From Actinomycetota bacterium (GTDB lineage Bacteria; Actinomycetota; UBA4738; HRBIN12), in contig JBMDWR010000062.1 in NCBI GenBank assembly GCA_048594645.1, positions 3,952 through 23,951 of the forward strand: DNA of 20,000 nucleotides, read 5' to 3'. The translations under genes were made by a program, and so were the position numbers. This document shows positions 7,122 through 15,800 of the stretch, in pieces; the first letter of the stretch is position 1, and each line of letters begins with the position of its first letter. Under the pieces are notes generated by a model. The model had not been told where the DNA came from and ran no database searches. It was given only the letters and a program-made list of their open reading frames with translations.

Positions 7122-8414
7122 CTACCCGATCCGGAGGTGGTCCGAGAGGCGAAGCGGGGGCCGCGGCGATGCGGCCCCCGCCGGCATCCGGCCCGCCGCC
7201 ACCGTGCCGAGCGCGGTCCAGCGCTCGTCCATCTGGAGCGCGGCGCGCGTCTCCTCCTGGCAGAACAGCGTCGAGGAGATCCAGGACGACGCGTATCCCT
7301 GAGCGTGCAGCGCGAGCAACAGGTTCTGGATCGCTGCGCCGCCGGAGAGCACGAACATCGCACGCTCGGCGTCCGCGCGTTCGGCATCCGGGTACGGGTG
7401 TGCGCGTTCGGAACGCACCCACGGCACGATCAGCACCGGTGCCGCTCCGAGCACCGCGTCGCTCCGCACGAGTCTCCGTTCGATCGTCGTCTCCGGCGTC
7501 CCGTCACCGCGCAGATCCCGACGCCATGCCTCCGCGATCGCACCGAGCAGCCCGCGCTTGGCCGGCGCGGACCACAGCGCGGTGAACGACCACGGCCGCG
7601 TGTGATGGGGAGCAGGCGCCGTGCACGCCGCCCGCACCGCCTCCTCGACGACCTCACGCGGGACGTCGCCCTCCCCGAACGCCCGGATCGTCCGACGTTC
7701 CGAGATCGACAGCAGCGGTGACCAGCGGAACATGTCCTCCTCAGGAGGGCGGACGATCTCGGTCGCCGGCGTGGGCGTCGCCTCGGCGTCCGCGTCGAGG
7801 CCCCGAACGATCGCGGCGGGAACACGCGCCGCCTTGCCCATCACGAGCCCGCTCGCCGCCGCCACCTCGTCGGCCATGGCGACGACCGTCGCCTCGAGCT
7901 CGCGCCCGTGATGGTCGCGGGTTCCCCGAAGGTCGACGAGGGCGGGCAGGCCCGCGCACCCGATGGCGACGTTCACGAGCCCTCGGCGCCACGGGCGGCC
8001 GAACGTGTCGGTGACCACCACCGCGACGCGGGCCCCGAGGCGGTCTTCCAGACCGGCCCGAAGGCGTTCCGCCGACGCGTCGGGATCCTCGGGCAGCAGG
8101 CTGAGGAGTCCAGCCTCGACGTTCGAGGCGTCGACGCCCGCGTTGGCGCACACGAACCCGTGGCGCGTCTCGGCGATCACCAGGTCGTCACGACGAGCGA
8201 CGACGCGGCGCGATTCGCGTTCGACCCAGGTGGCGCGTCCTTCCGTGTCGGGAACCACGCGGCCTTCGGCCTTGGAGACCACCTTCTGCGTCACGGCGAT
8301 CACGTCGCCGTCTCGGACGTTCGCGCGTTCGAGCGGTCCCGAGAGGAGCGCAGGCAGGTCGTCGCCGGATCGGACCTCCGGAAGGCCCTCGATCGGCAGG
8401 AGCTCGACGGTCAC
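7122..8414 (-). CDS. fbiB: Bifunctional F420 gamma-glutamyl ligase / dehydro-F420-0 reductase (CofE domain plus C-terminal nitroreductase-like domain)
   Basis: 430 aa. The N-terminal CofE-like region begins MTVELLPIEGLPEVRSGDDL and includes VTQKVVSKAEGR and CANAGVDASNV. The C-terminal half is nitroreductase-fold-like. It lies directly downstream of fbiA (16-nt gap), as in mycobacteria. Confidence 0.85.
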   Translation of the reverse strand: MTVELLPIEGLPEVRSGDDLPALLSGPLERANVRDGDVIAVTQKVVSKAEGRVVPDTEGRATWVERESRRVVARRDDLVIAETRHGFVCANAGVDASNVEAGLLSLLPEDPDASAERLRAGLEDRLGARVAVVVTDTFGRPWRRGLVNVAIGCAGLPALVDLRGTRDHHGRELEATVVAMADEVAAASGLVMGKAARVPAAIVRGLDADAEATPTPATEIVRPPEEDMFRWSPLLSISERRTIRAFGEGDVPREVVEEAVRAACTAPAPHHTRPWSFTALWSAPAKRGLLGAIAEAWRRDLRGDGTPETTIERRLVRSDAVLGAAPVLIVPWVRSERAHPYPDAERADAERAMFVLSGGAAIQNLLLALHAQGYASSWISSTLFCQEETRAALQMDERWTALGTVAAGRMPAGAASPRPPLRLSDHLRIG

Positions 8415-8430
8415 GCCGCCGACCGTCGCG

Positions 8431-9378
8431 TCATGCTCGGCGGACCAGGTCGAGCGCGACCCGCGCGAGCGCCTCCGCGCGCGCGTCGTCGGTCATGACC
8501 GTGTCCGTGACGCCGACCCGGATACCCGTCGCCTCGATCCTCGGGACGAGCGAACGGTCCGCCTCGTCGATGACCCATGCGCCCAGCAGTCCGCGATAGC
8601 AGTCGGCGGCTCCGGCCGCGGTGACCTCCACCCCGGCCGCCGGCATCAGCTTGTCGGCCATCCCGGCGAGTGGGGCGCCCGCGACGATCCCGCTGATCCC
8701 GACGACGTCGCGACCGCGGCCGCTCAGCGTTTCGCGGATGCCCGGAACGGCGAGGATCGGGCCGAGCGACGCGACGGGGTTCGACGGGCACAGGAGCACC
8801 GCGTCCGCACCCGCGATCGTCTCGAGGACCCCCGGCGCCGGTCGCGCGCGCTCGGCTCCGTCGTACCGAACGCTCTTGACCTCGTCGCGCGCGCCGCGGC
8901 GAACCCAGTACTCCTGGAAGTGCAGGTCCAGCTCCTCTCCGTCGGCGACGACCACGATCCTCGTCGCGACGGGGTCGTCGCTCATCGGCAGCAGCCGCGA
9001 CGCGATGCCGAACCGCGACGCGATCCGCTCGGTCACGGCCGTGAGCGTCGTCCCCGCCGCCAGCGCGTTCGAACGGTACAGGTGCGTCGCCAGGTCCAGA
9101 TCGCCGAGGTTGAACCATGCCTGTTGCGGGTCGAACTGCCAGAGCTCCTGCGTCGCGCGGAACGTCTCGTCGCGCCGGCCCCATCCGCGTTCGCGGTCGA
9201 ACACGTCGCCCAGCCAGTACGTGACCGAATCGAGATCGGGCGACACGTGGAGCCCGTGCATCGTGATGTCGTCGCCGGTGTTCACGATCGCCGTGACGTT
9301 CTCGGGCGGGACGGCGCGGACGAGGCCTCGGAGGAACTTCCCCGCGCCGATGCCGCCCGCGAGCGCTGCGACGTGCAT
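8431..9378 (-). CDS. fbiA: 2-phospho-L-lactate (EPPG/LPPG):FO transferase, CofD family
   Basis: The internal ATG at 9378 gives MHVAALAGGIGAGKFLRGL, the CofD N-terminal glycine-rich motif. About 315 aa. It is followed by fbiB. Confidence 0.85.
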   Translation of the reverse strand: MHVAALAGGIGAGKFLRGLVRAVPPENVTAIVNTGDDITMHGLHVSPDLDSVTYWLGDVFDRERGWGRRDETFRATQELWQFDPQQAWFNLGDLDLATHLYRSNALAAGTTLTAVTERIASRFGIASRLLPMSDDPVATRIVVVADGEELDLHFQEYWVRRGARDEVKSVRYDGAERARPAPGVLETIAGADAVLLCPSNPVASLGPILAVPGIRETLSGRGRDVVGISGIVAGAPLAGMADKLMPAAGVEVTAAGAADCYRGLLGAWVIDEADRSLVPRIEATGIRVGVTDTVMTDDARAEALARVALDLVRRA

Positions 9379-9384
9379 GCACGG

Positions 9385-9399
9385 GAGCGTAGTACGCTC
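9385..9399. promoter_or_regulatory. Perfect 15-bp palindrome GAGCGTA-G-TACGCTC in the fbiA/fbiC divergent gap
   Basis: The 7-bp arms are exact reverse complements around a single central base. It lies in the middle of the 29-bp interval between the fbiA ATG (9378, minus) and the fbiC ATG (9408, plus). Function not established. Confidence 0.45.
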
Positions 9400-9407
9400 G
9401 CCCACCG

Positions 9408-11939
9408 ATGACCGAGGCGACGATCGCGCCACACGCGCTCCGGCGCGCGCTCGCACGAGCGGCCGCCGGTAAGGCGCTCTCGGTCGCGGAGGTGCACGCG
9501 CTGCTGTCTGCCCGCGGCGCCGACCTCCGCCGGATGATGTCGATCGCCTCGAGCCTCCGCGAGCTCGGACACGGGCGGACGATCACGTATTCGCGCAAGG
9601 TCTTCATCCCGCTCACGATGCTGTGCCGGGACCACTGCCATTACTGCACGTTCGCCAAGCCGCCGGCCAAGCTCGAGAACCCGTTCCTGTCACCGGACGA
9701 GGTGGTGGCGATCGCGGACGCCGGTCGCCGGCTGGGATGCAAGGAGGCGCTCTTCACGCTGGGAGACCGGCCCGAGGAGCGGTACCCGCTCGCACGCGCG
9801 TGGCTCGCCGAGCGCGGGTACGGTTCGACGCTCGAGTACCTCCGAGCGGTCGCGATCCGCGTGATCGAGTCGACGGGGCTGTTGCCGCACCTGAACCCCG
9901 GGGTGATGTCGTACGAGGAGATGGCGCGGCTGCGCCACGTCGCTCCGTCCATGGGGATGATGCTCGAGACGACGTCCGATCGGCTGTCGCGACGCGGGGG
10001 TCCGCACTTCGGTTCGCCCGACAAGGTCCCGGCGGTCCGTCTGCGCGTGCTCGAGGACGCGGGCCGCCTGGCGATCCCGTTCACGACAGGGATCCTCGTG
10101 GGCATCGGCGAGACGCTCCCTGAGCGGGGGGACTCGCTCCTGGCGATCCGCGAGCTCCATCGGAGGTACCGACACATCCAGGAGGTCATCGTCCAGAACT
10201 TCCGGGCCAAGCCGGGGACCGCGATGCAGGATGCGGACGAGCCGGACGACGAGGAGTTCCTCGCCACGGTCGCGACGGCGCGCGTCGTCTTCGGTCCGAG
10301 GATGCACGTCCAAGCCCCGCCCAACCTGTCCGAGCCCGAGCAGCAGGCGAAGCTCCTCGAGGCGGGCATCGACGACTGGGGAGGCGTGTCCCCGCTCACG
10401 CCCGACCACGTGAACCCCGAACGCCCATGGCCGGCGCTGGACGTCCTCGCCGCTCGTACCGCCGAACGCGGCCTCGAGCTGCGCGAACGCCTCACGGTCT
10501 ACCCGCAGTTCGCACTTCGTCCCGAGGTCTTCGTGGCCGCGAAGATGCGGGCACCCCTCGCGGCCCTGATCGACGAGCACGGTCTGGCGGTGCCAGGGCG
10601 GACCCCGGAACCGCAGCCGTGGCAGGACCCGGAGGTCGCGTGGAAGCCCAGGTCGACGGCCCTGACCTTCGCCAAGGGCGCCGAGGTGGGGCTGCGCGCC
10701 GACGCCGAGATCGTGTACGGGAAGGCGGACATGCCCGCGGCGACGCTCGCCTGGCGGAGCGAACGCGTGCCGCCGGCGAGGCTCGACGCGGACGTCCGCG
10801 CCGCCCTGGCCGGCGCCGAGGCGCACCGCCCGATCACCGACGAGCAGGCCCTCGCCCTGTTCCGCGCCGGAGGCGATGCGCTCGAGACGCTCTGCGAGGT
10901 GGCGGACGGTCTGCGGCGTGAGGCGGTGGGCGACGACGTCACGTACGTCGTCAATCGGAACATCAACTTCACCAACGTCTGTTACGTCGGTTGCCGCTTC
11001 TGTGCCTTCGCACAGCGCGAGGTGGACGCGGAGGCCTACACGCTCACGCTCGCCGAGGTCGCGGAGCGCGCGCGCGAGGCCGCCGCCTGGGGGTGCACCG
11101 AGATCTGCATGCAGGGCGGCATCCACCCGGACCTTCCCGGGTCGTTCTACTTCGACCTCCTGGACGCGGTGAAGGGCGCCGCGCCGGACATCCACATCCA
11201 CGCCTTCAGCCCGATGGAGGTGATGAACGGCTCGTCGAAACTCGGGATCTCCTTCGTGGAGTTCCTCCAGGAGTGCCGTCATCGCGGTCTCGGAACGATC
11301 CCCGGGACGGCGGCCGAGATCTTGGACGACGACGTGCGCTGGGTCCTCACCAAGGGCAAGCTCCCGGCGGACACGTGGGAGGAGATCGTCCGAACGGCGC
11401 ATGGACTCGGCATCAGAAGTTCGTCGACGATCATGTTCGGACACGTGGACGCGCCGCCGCACTGGGTTTTCCACATCCGCCGTCTGGCGCGCATCCAACG
11501 AGACACGGGCGGCTTCACCGAGTTCGTTCCGTTGCCGTTCGTGCACCAGAACGCTCCGATCTATCTCGCCGGCACGGCGCGGCCCGGTCCGTCGTTCGAT
11601 GACAACCGACGGATGCATGCGGTCGGGCGGATCCTCCTCGACGGAGTTATCCACAACGTTCAGGTGTCGTGGGTGAAGATGGGCGTGCAAGCGTGTCAGA
11701 CGATCCTGAACGGCGGAGCCAACGACTTCGGCGGCACGCTGATGGAGGAAACGATCAGTCGGATGGCTGGCGCCGAGTGGGGGATCCGCATGGAGCCCGC
11801 AGAGATCTGCGATGCGATCGTCGAGATCGGCCGCACGCCCGTCGAACGCACGACCACGTACGAACGCTTGCAGCGCAAGCCGTCCGAGGCACATATCGCG
11901 ACCGAACCCGGAGACGTGGCGACCGCGATCGGGAGCTGA
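9408..11939 (+). CDS. fbiC: FO synthase (7,8-didemethyl-8-hydroxy-5-deazariboflavin synthase), fused CofG/CofH radical-SAM domains
   Basis: 843 aa with two radical-SAM CxxxCxxC motifs (CRDHCHYCTF near 9624 and CYVGCRFCAF near 10981). YSRKVFIPLT precedes the first motif. Size and architecture match FbiC. Confidence 0.9.
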   Translation: MTEATIAPHALRRALARAAAGKALSVAEVHALLSARGADLRRMMSIASSLRELGHGRTITYSRKVFIPLTMLCRDHCHYCTFAKPPAKLENPFLSPDEVVAIADAGRRLGCKEALFTLGDRPEERYPLARAWLAERGYGSTLEYLRAVAIRVIESTGLLPHLNPGVMSYEEMARLRHVAPSMGMMLETTSDRLSRRGGPHFGSPDKVPAVRLRVLEDAGRLAIPFTTGILVGIGETLPERGDSLLAIRELHRRYRHIQEVIVQNFRAKPGTAMQDADEPDDEEFLATVATARVVFGPRMHVQAPPNLSEPEQQAKLLEAGIDDWGGVSPLTPDHVNPERPWPALDVLAARTAERGLELRERLTVYPQFALRPEVFVAAKMRAPLAALIDEHGLAVPGRTPEPQPWQDPEVAWKPRSTALTFAKGAEVGLRADAEIVYGKADMPAATLAWRSERVPPARLDADVRAALAGAEAHRPITDEQALALFRAGGDALETLCEVADGLRREAVGDDVTYVVNRNINFTNVCYVGCRFCAFAQREVDAEAYTLTLAEVAERAREAAAWGCTEICMQGGIHPDLPGSFYFDLLDAVKGAAPDIHIHAFSPMEVMNGSSKLGISFVEFLQECRHRGLGTIPGTAAEILDDDVRWVLTKGKLPADTWEEIVRTAHGLGIRSSSTIMFGHVDAPPHWVFHIRRLARIQRDTGGFTEFVPLPFVHQNAPIYLAGTARPGPSFDDNRRMHAVGRILLDGVIHNVQVSWVKMGVQACQTILNGGANDFGGTLMEETISRMAGAEWGIRMEPAEICDAIVEIGRTPVERTTTYERLQRKPSEAHIATEPGDVATAIGS

Positions 11940-12124
11940 GAACCGCTGAACGGCTGATACCGTCTACCTGCTTGACCGCTTCCGTCAAGTACCTAGACCG
12001 TCGAAATTCTTCCCCGAACCCCTTGCACCTGTTCGCAAGCACGTATTCGATTCTCATGGGGACGCATGTGGAGATGCACCGGAACTCGAGTTTTCCCCTT
12101 GCAAACAGGGGAGAAGATAGCCCA

Positions 12125-12144
12125 GAATCACACGCATGTGATTC
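12125..12144. promoter_or_regulatory. Inverted repeat GAATCACA-cgca-TGTGATTC immediately upstream of the whiB RBS
   Basis: Exact 8-bp arms with a 4-nt spacer, ending 1-2 nt before GGGAGGAG (12146-12153) and 21 nt before the whiB ATG. It could be an operator or an mRNA hairpin; the sequence alone cannot tell which. Confidence 0.45.
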
Positions 12145-12165
12145 CGGGAGGAGAGCGGGGCCCAC

Positions 12166-12393
12166 ATGCATCACTACATCCCGTGGCAGGAGCGAGCGCG
12201 GTGCCGACAGCACGATCCAGAGGTGTTCTTCCCCGAGAAGGGAGGGTCATCGAGGGAGGCGAAGCGGATCTGTGCCGACTGCCCGGTTCGCATCGAGTGC
12301 CTCAACTACGCCCTTCGTCGCGACGAGCGGTACGGGGTGTGGGGCGGGATGAGCGAACGGGAACGACGACGCCTGAAGCGCATGGCGTCCTGA
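12166..12393 (+). CDS. whiB: WhiB-family (Wbl) [4Fe-4S] transcription factor, WhiB/WhiB2-like
   Basis: 75 aa with four Cys (C13, C36, C39, C45), the FFPEKGGSSREAKRIC segment, the GVWGG turn and a basic C-terminus (ERERRRLKR). It lies next to fbiA/fbiB, as whiB2 does in mycobacteria. Confidence 0.9.
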   Translation: MHHYIPWQERARCRQHDPEVFFPEKGGSSREAKRICADCPVRIECLNYALRRDERYGVWGGMSERERRRLKRMAS

Positions 12394-12416
12394 CACAGAT
12401 GGAAAGGGGGTGACCG

Positions 12417-12776
12417 ATGTCTCCCGCAAAGAAGAGGTCGACGGCCGCCAAGAAGGCAGCAGCCACACGCAAGCGCAAGAGCACCAAGCGCTCGGCGGCG
12501 GCGAAGAAGGGGGCCGCGACGAGGAAGCGGACGACCGCGAAGCGCAAGACGGCGGCCAAGAAGGCGACGCGTAAGAAGACCACGCGGAGGAAGCCCGCGG
12601 CCAAGAAGACGGCGGCGCGCAAGACGACGCGGAAGAAGACGACGCGGAGGAAGACCGCCGCGCGCAAGCCGGCGGCCAAGAAGACCACGCGTAGGAAGAC
12701 CACGCGTAGAAAGACCGCGGCCAAGAAGACCGCGGCGCGCAAGCCGGCGAAGAGACGGACCGCGAAGAAGCGGTAG
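12417..12776 (+). CDS. Extremely basic low-complexity K/R/A/T repeat protein (histone-H1 / HU-tail-like)
   Basis: 119 aa. My count from the translation is K34, R23, A29, T23, S4, P4, G1, M1. There are no acidic, aromatic or large aliphatic residues. Motifs AAKK, TRKK and TTRRKT recur. Third codon positions are mostly G/C. AAGGGGG lies upstream of the ATG. The start is 23 nt after the whiB stop and a strong hairpin follows. Confidence 0.7.
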   Translation: MSPAKKRSTAAKKAAATRKRKSTKRSAAAKKGAATRKRTTAKRKTAAKKATRKKTTRRKPAAKKTAARKTTRKKTTRRKTAARKPAAKKTTRRKTTRRKTAAKKTAARKPAKRRTAKKR

Positions 12777-12794
12777 TCGATCGCCGATGGATCT

Positions 12795-12821
12795 CGGAAG
12801 GGGGGCCTCGCCCCCCTTCCG
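12795..12821 (+). terminator. GC-rich hairpin after the whiB/basic-protein pair (no U-tract)
   Basis: CGGAAGGGGGG (12795-12805) pairs perfectly with CCCCCCTTCCG (12811-12821) around the loop cctcg, giving an 11-bp stem 19 nt after the stop codon. There is no T-run, so intrinsic termination is only inferred. Confidence 0.5.
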
Positions 12822-12866
12822 CGTGTCCGCGCGTGCTAGGCTGCGCGCCGCCTACCGGCGCTGCTG

Positions 12867-15800
12867 ATGGCGACAACCACCGTCGATCCCTCCTCGGTCC
12901 CCACGGACGTGCACGCTCCGAGCGTGCTCGTCGTCCTCGTGACGCGCGATGCGGTCGGCTGGCTCCGCGGGTCCCTGGAGGCGCTCGCGGCCCAGACCCA
13001 TTCCAGGCTCGGGGTCGTCGCGGTCGACAACGGCTCGAGCGACGGCACGCTCGAGCTCCTGCGGCAGGCGCTGGGCGAGGGGCGCGTCGTGTCGCTCGCC
13101 GAGGACCGTGGCATCGCCGGGGCCCTCGCTGCCGCGACCCAGCTGGCTCCCGCTCAGGCCGCCGATTACCTCCTGGCGGTCCACGACGATACGGCGCTCG
13201 CGCCCGACGCCGTCGAGCGGATGCTCGAGGCCGCGGAGGGCATCGAGCGCGTCGGCGTGGTCGGCCCCAAGATCGTCGACTCGGACCAGCCGCGGGTCCT
13301 CCGCGAGGTCGGGCGCTCCACCGATCGGTTCGGCCATCCCTACACGCCCTTGCAGGACGGCGAGCTCGACCAGGGCCAGTACGACCGCGTGCTGGAGGTC
13401 CTGTTCGTCTCCTCCGCCGTGATGCTCCTGTCCCGCGACGCCTGGCAGCGCACGGGTCCGTTCGACGAGCGCTTCGCCGGGCATCACGACGACCTGGACT
13501 TCTGCTGGCGGGCACGGATGGCAGGGTTCCGCGTGCTGATGACGCCGCTCGCGACCGCCCGGCACCGCGACGCCTCGACGCGCGCCGAACGCATCGACGA
13601 GCACGGCCGCCGGAGCGCGCGCTACCACGCGGAACGCGCCGGCCTGGCCTCGATGCTCAAGAACTACGGCGTCCTGACGCTCCTGTGGCTCCTGCCCGTC
13701 TACACCGTGCTGGGGGTCGCACGCGTCCTCTACCTCGCGCTGTCGCGACGGTTCGAGGATGCCTTCGATCTCCTCGCTGCCTGGGGCTGGAACCTCCTGC
13801 ACCTGTCGGGCACGCTCCGAAGGCGGATCCGCGCGCAATCGGTGCGTTCGGTCCCAGACCGGAAGATCCGGCCGTTCATGGCCTCGACGTTCCGGCTGCC
13901 CCGCTGGTTCGAGCGGGCAGAGGAGTTCCTGGACGAGGGTCTCGAGCAGCTGACCGACGAGGAGGAGGGGCGACCTCTCTCGAGGCGCGCGCTCGGGGTC
14001 GCGGCGGGGCACCCGGTGCTGCTCGGCTCCATCCTCGCGGTCGCCCTCGGCGCGCTCGCCGTTCGGCACCTCGTGGGGCCCGAGGTCATCTCCGGGGGTG
14101 CGCTCGCAGCGTTCCCTGCCGACGTCGCGACGTTCTTCCGCGAGCTTGTGTCGGGGGTCCGAACCACCGCGCTCGGCGGGGCGCAGCCCGCCAGCCCTGC
14201 GCTCGCCGGTCTCGGGGCGGTGTCGTGGGTCGCGTTCGGCAGCACGGCGGCGGCGCAGAAGGTGCTGCTCGGGGTCCTGCCGGCGCTCGGTGGGGTCGCG
14301 ATGTACCGAGCGATGGCTCGGGAGACGTCATCACCCGCTGCCTCGGTGGTCGGGGCCGGCGCCTACGTCCTGTCGGCCACGGTGCTCTGGTCGTTCTCCG
14401 AGGGCAGGATCGGGCTCCTCGTGGCGGTGGCCCTGCTCCCGCTTCTGTGGGACAGGGTCGACGCCGTCTTCCGAGCTCGTTTCTCGGGCCCGCGCGTCCG
14501 CGTGGGGGTGGGACTCGGGGTCGCGCTCGCGATCGCGGTCGCCTTCGCGCCGTCGATCGTGCTCGCGGTGGCGCTGTTCGTGGCCGCGAACCTGCTCGCC
14601 GGACGGCGCCGCGGTCGTGGGCTCGTGCTGGTCGCGCTCGCGGCGGTCGCGGCCGCCCTCCTCGCCTTCCCCGTGGTGCTTGGAGCGGCGGGCGATCCGG
14701 CGTCTGCACTCACCTCGCAGATCGGGACGCCCGACGTCTGGTCGGTGCTCCGCCTGGCGCCCGGCGGCGGCCCGGGCACCTGGGGCGTGGCGGCGTTCCT
14801 GCCCATCGCCGCGGTCATCTGCTTCGCGGGGGTCCAGGACCCTCAGCGCGGTCGAGCCTGGCGCGCGCTGCTCGTCGCGGTCGCGGGCACGGTGCTCGCC
14901 TGGGCGTCGGTCGCCGGGGCGCTGCCCGAGTTCCTCACCAACGCCCCGGTCTTCCTCGCGGCCGCCGCCGTCGCCGAGTCGGCGCTCGTCGCGCTCGGCC
15001 TTTCGACCTTCGCCGCGTCCCTGGAGCGCCACGCGTTCGGCCTTCGTCACATCGGGGCCGCCCTGCTCGCCGTCGTGCTCGGCCTGGGGTTCGCCGGACA
15101 GGCGCTGCAGGTGACGTTCGGGGACTGGGCCGTGCGCCCGGGCGGGCTCCCGCCCGCGTGGCCCGTCGTCGCCTCCGCGCCCGGCGAGTTCCGGATCCTG
15201 TGGCTCGGAGCGCCCAACGGCGACCGGTTCCCGGCCCCCGGCGGCGACCCGATCGGCTTGGCCGAGGCCGGCGAGGCGACGGTCCGGTTCGGCCTGACCG
15301 GGCGCGACGGGGTGACGGCGCTGGATGAGGGCCGCGCGCGCTCGGGAGCCGGTTACGAGGAACTCGAGGGCGTGCTGGGCGACCTGCTCGCGGGGCAGAC
15401 GCAGCACGCGGGTGCCTCGCTCGGACAGTTCGGCGTCCGGTTCGTGGTGGCCGAGGAGGGTGATCTCCCGCACGCCGCGGCCGAGCGGCTCCGGCGACAG
15501 GTCGATCTGGACCTGGTCCCCGCCGGCGGGCTCACGATCTTCCGGAACGCGGCTGCGCTGCCGACGGCGTTCGTCTCCGCGAACGCGCCCGTGCCCGAGA
15601 CATCGGACGCGGCAGCGGTAGAGGCCTCGCCCACCGTCGACGCCGACGCCCTCGACGGCGGTGGCGAGCGGTACGAGGCAGAGGCGGGCGGCGACGGGCA
15701 CGTCGTGGTCGCCCAGCAGTTCGACGGCGGGTGGCGCGTGGAGAACGCCGGGAACGCCCGGACGCCGTTCGCCGGATACGGGTGGGCGATCGCCGCGCCG

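Noticed and set aside
7103-7130. ATCGGG/CCCGAT inverted repeat between the convergent permease and fbiB genes as a bidirectional terminator.
   Set aside because: The stem is only 6 bp with a 16-nt loop and overlaps the fbiB stop codon, so it is not distinguishable from chance in GC-rich DNA.
4622-7387. Very long alternative-frame or antisense ORFs: 4622..7387(-) 921 aa, 1230..2972(-) 580 aa, 12833..15328(+) 831 aa, 14331..15857(-), 15353..17140(-), 9690..11894(-), 8411..9616(-), 7963..9411(+), 17340..18464(-), 3076..4065(-).
   Set aside because: Their translations are dominated by R/G/P/A/D runs with no domain signatures. That is the expected by-product of stop-codon scarcity in high-G+C DNA. 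Each is fully overlapped by an ORF with clear family motifs and sensible start contexts.
12136-12141. ATG-TGA start-stop mini-uORF inside the right arm of the whiB inverted repeat.
   Set aside because: The nearest SD-like element (AGGGGAG at 12107-12113) is about 22 nt upstream, too far for normal initiation. The motif is a by-product of the ACGCATGTG repeat.
12125-12144. The whiB inverted repeat as a BldD box (TNAC-N5-GTNA) or a CRP site (TGTGA-N6-TCACA).
   Set aside because: Read as TCAC-N6-GTGA the spacing is 6, not 5. The half-sites are in the order TCACA...TGTGA with a 4-nt gap, which is the inverse of the CRP arrangement. Neither consensus fits, so no named regulator is assigned.
12392-12396. 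GACAC (WhiA-type core motif) just after the whiB stop codon.
   Set aside because: A single 5-mer is expected by chance many times in 20 kb, and no additional copies occur in the whiB upstream region.
11669-12413. ORFs 11669..12352(+) and 12066..12413(+), which span the whiB leader and overlap whiB out of frame.
   Set aside because: They have no recognisable motifs and they run through the intergenic low-GC region. The WhiB frame has the full four-Cys Wbl signature and an RBS.
12302-12742. Antisense 146-aa ORF opposite the basic protein, with membrane-like repeats (AVFLAAVFLRVVFLRVVFLAAGL).
   Set aside because: It is the mirror image of AAG/CGC-rich K/R codons. The plus-strand frame has an SD-ATG, G/C-rich third positions, tight spacing after whiB and a downstream hairpin. 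The antisense frame has none of these.
12834-12842. Extended -10-like TGcTAGGCT upstream of the GT2-fusion gene as its promoter.
   Set aside because: There is no -35 element; that position falls within the preceding hairpin. There is also no supporting evidence. The hexamer matches the one proposed for the permease, but it is too weak to call as a feature.
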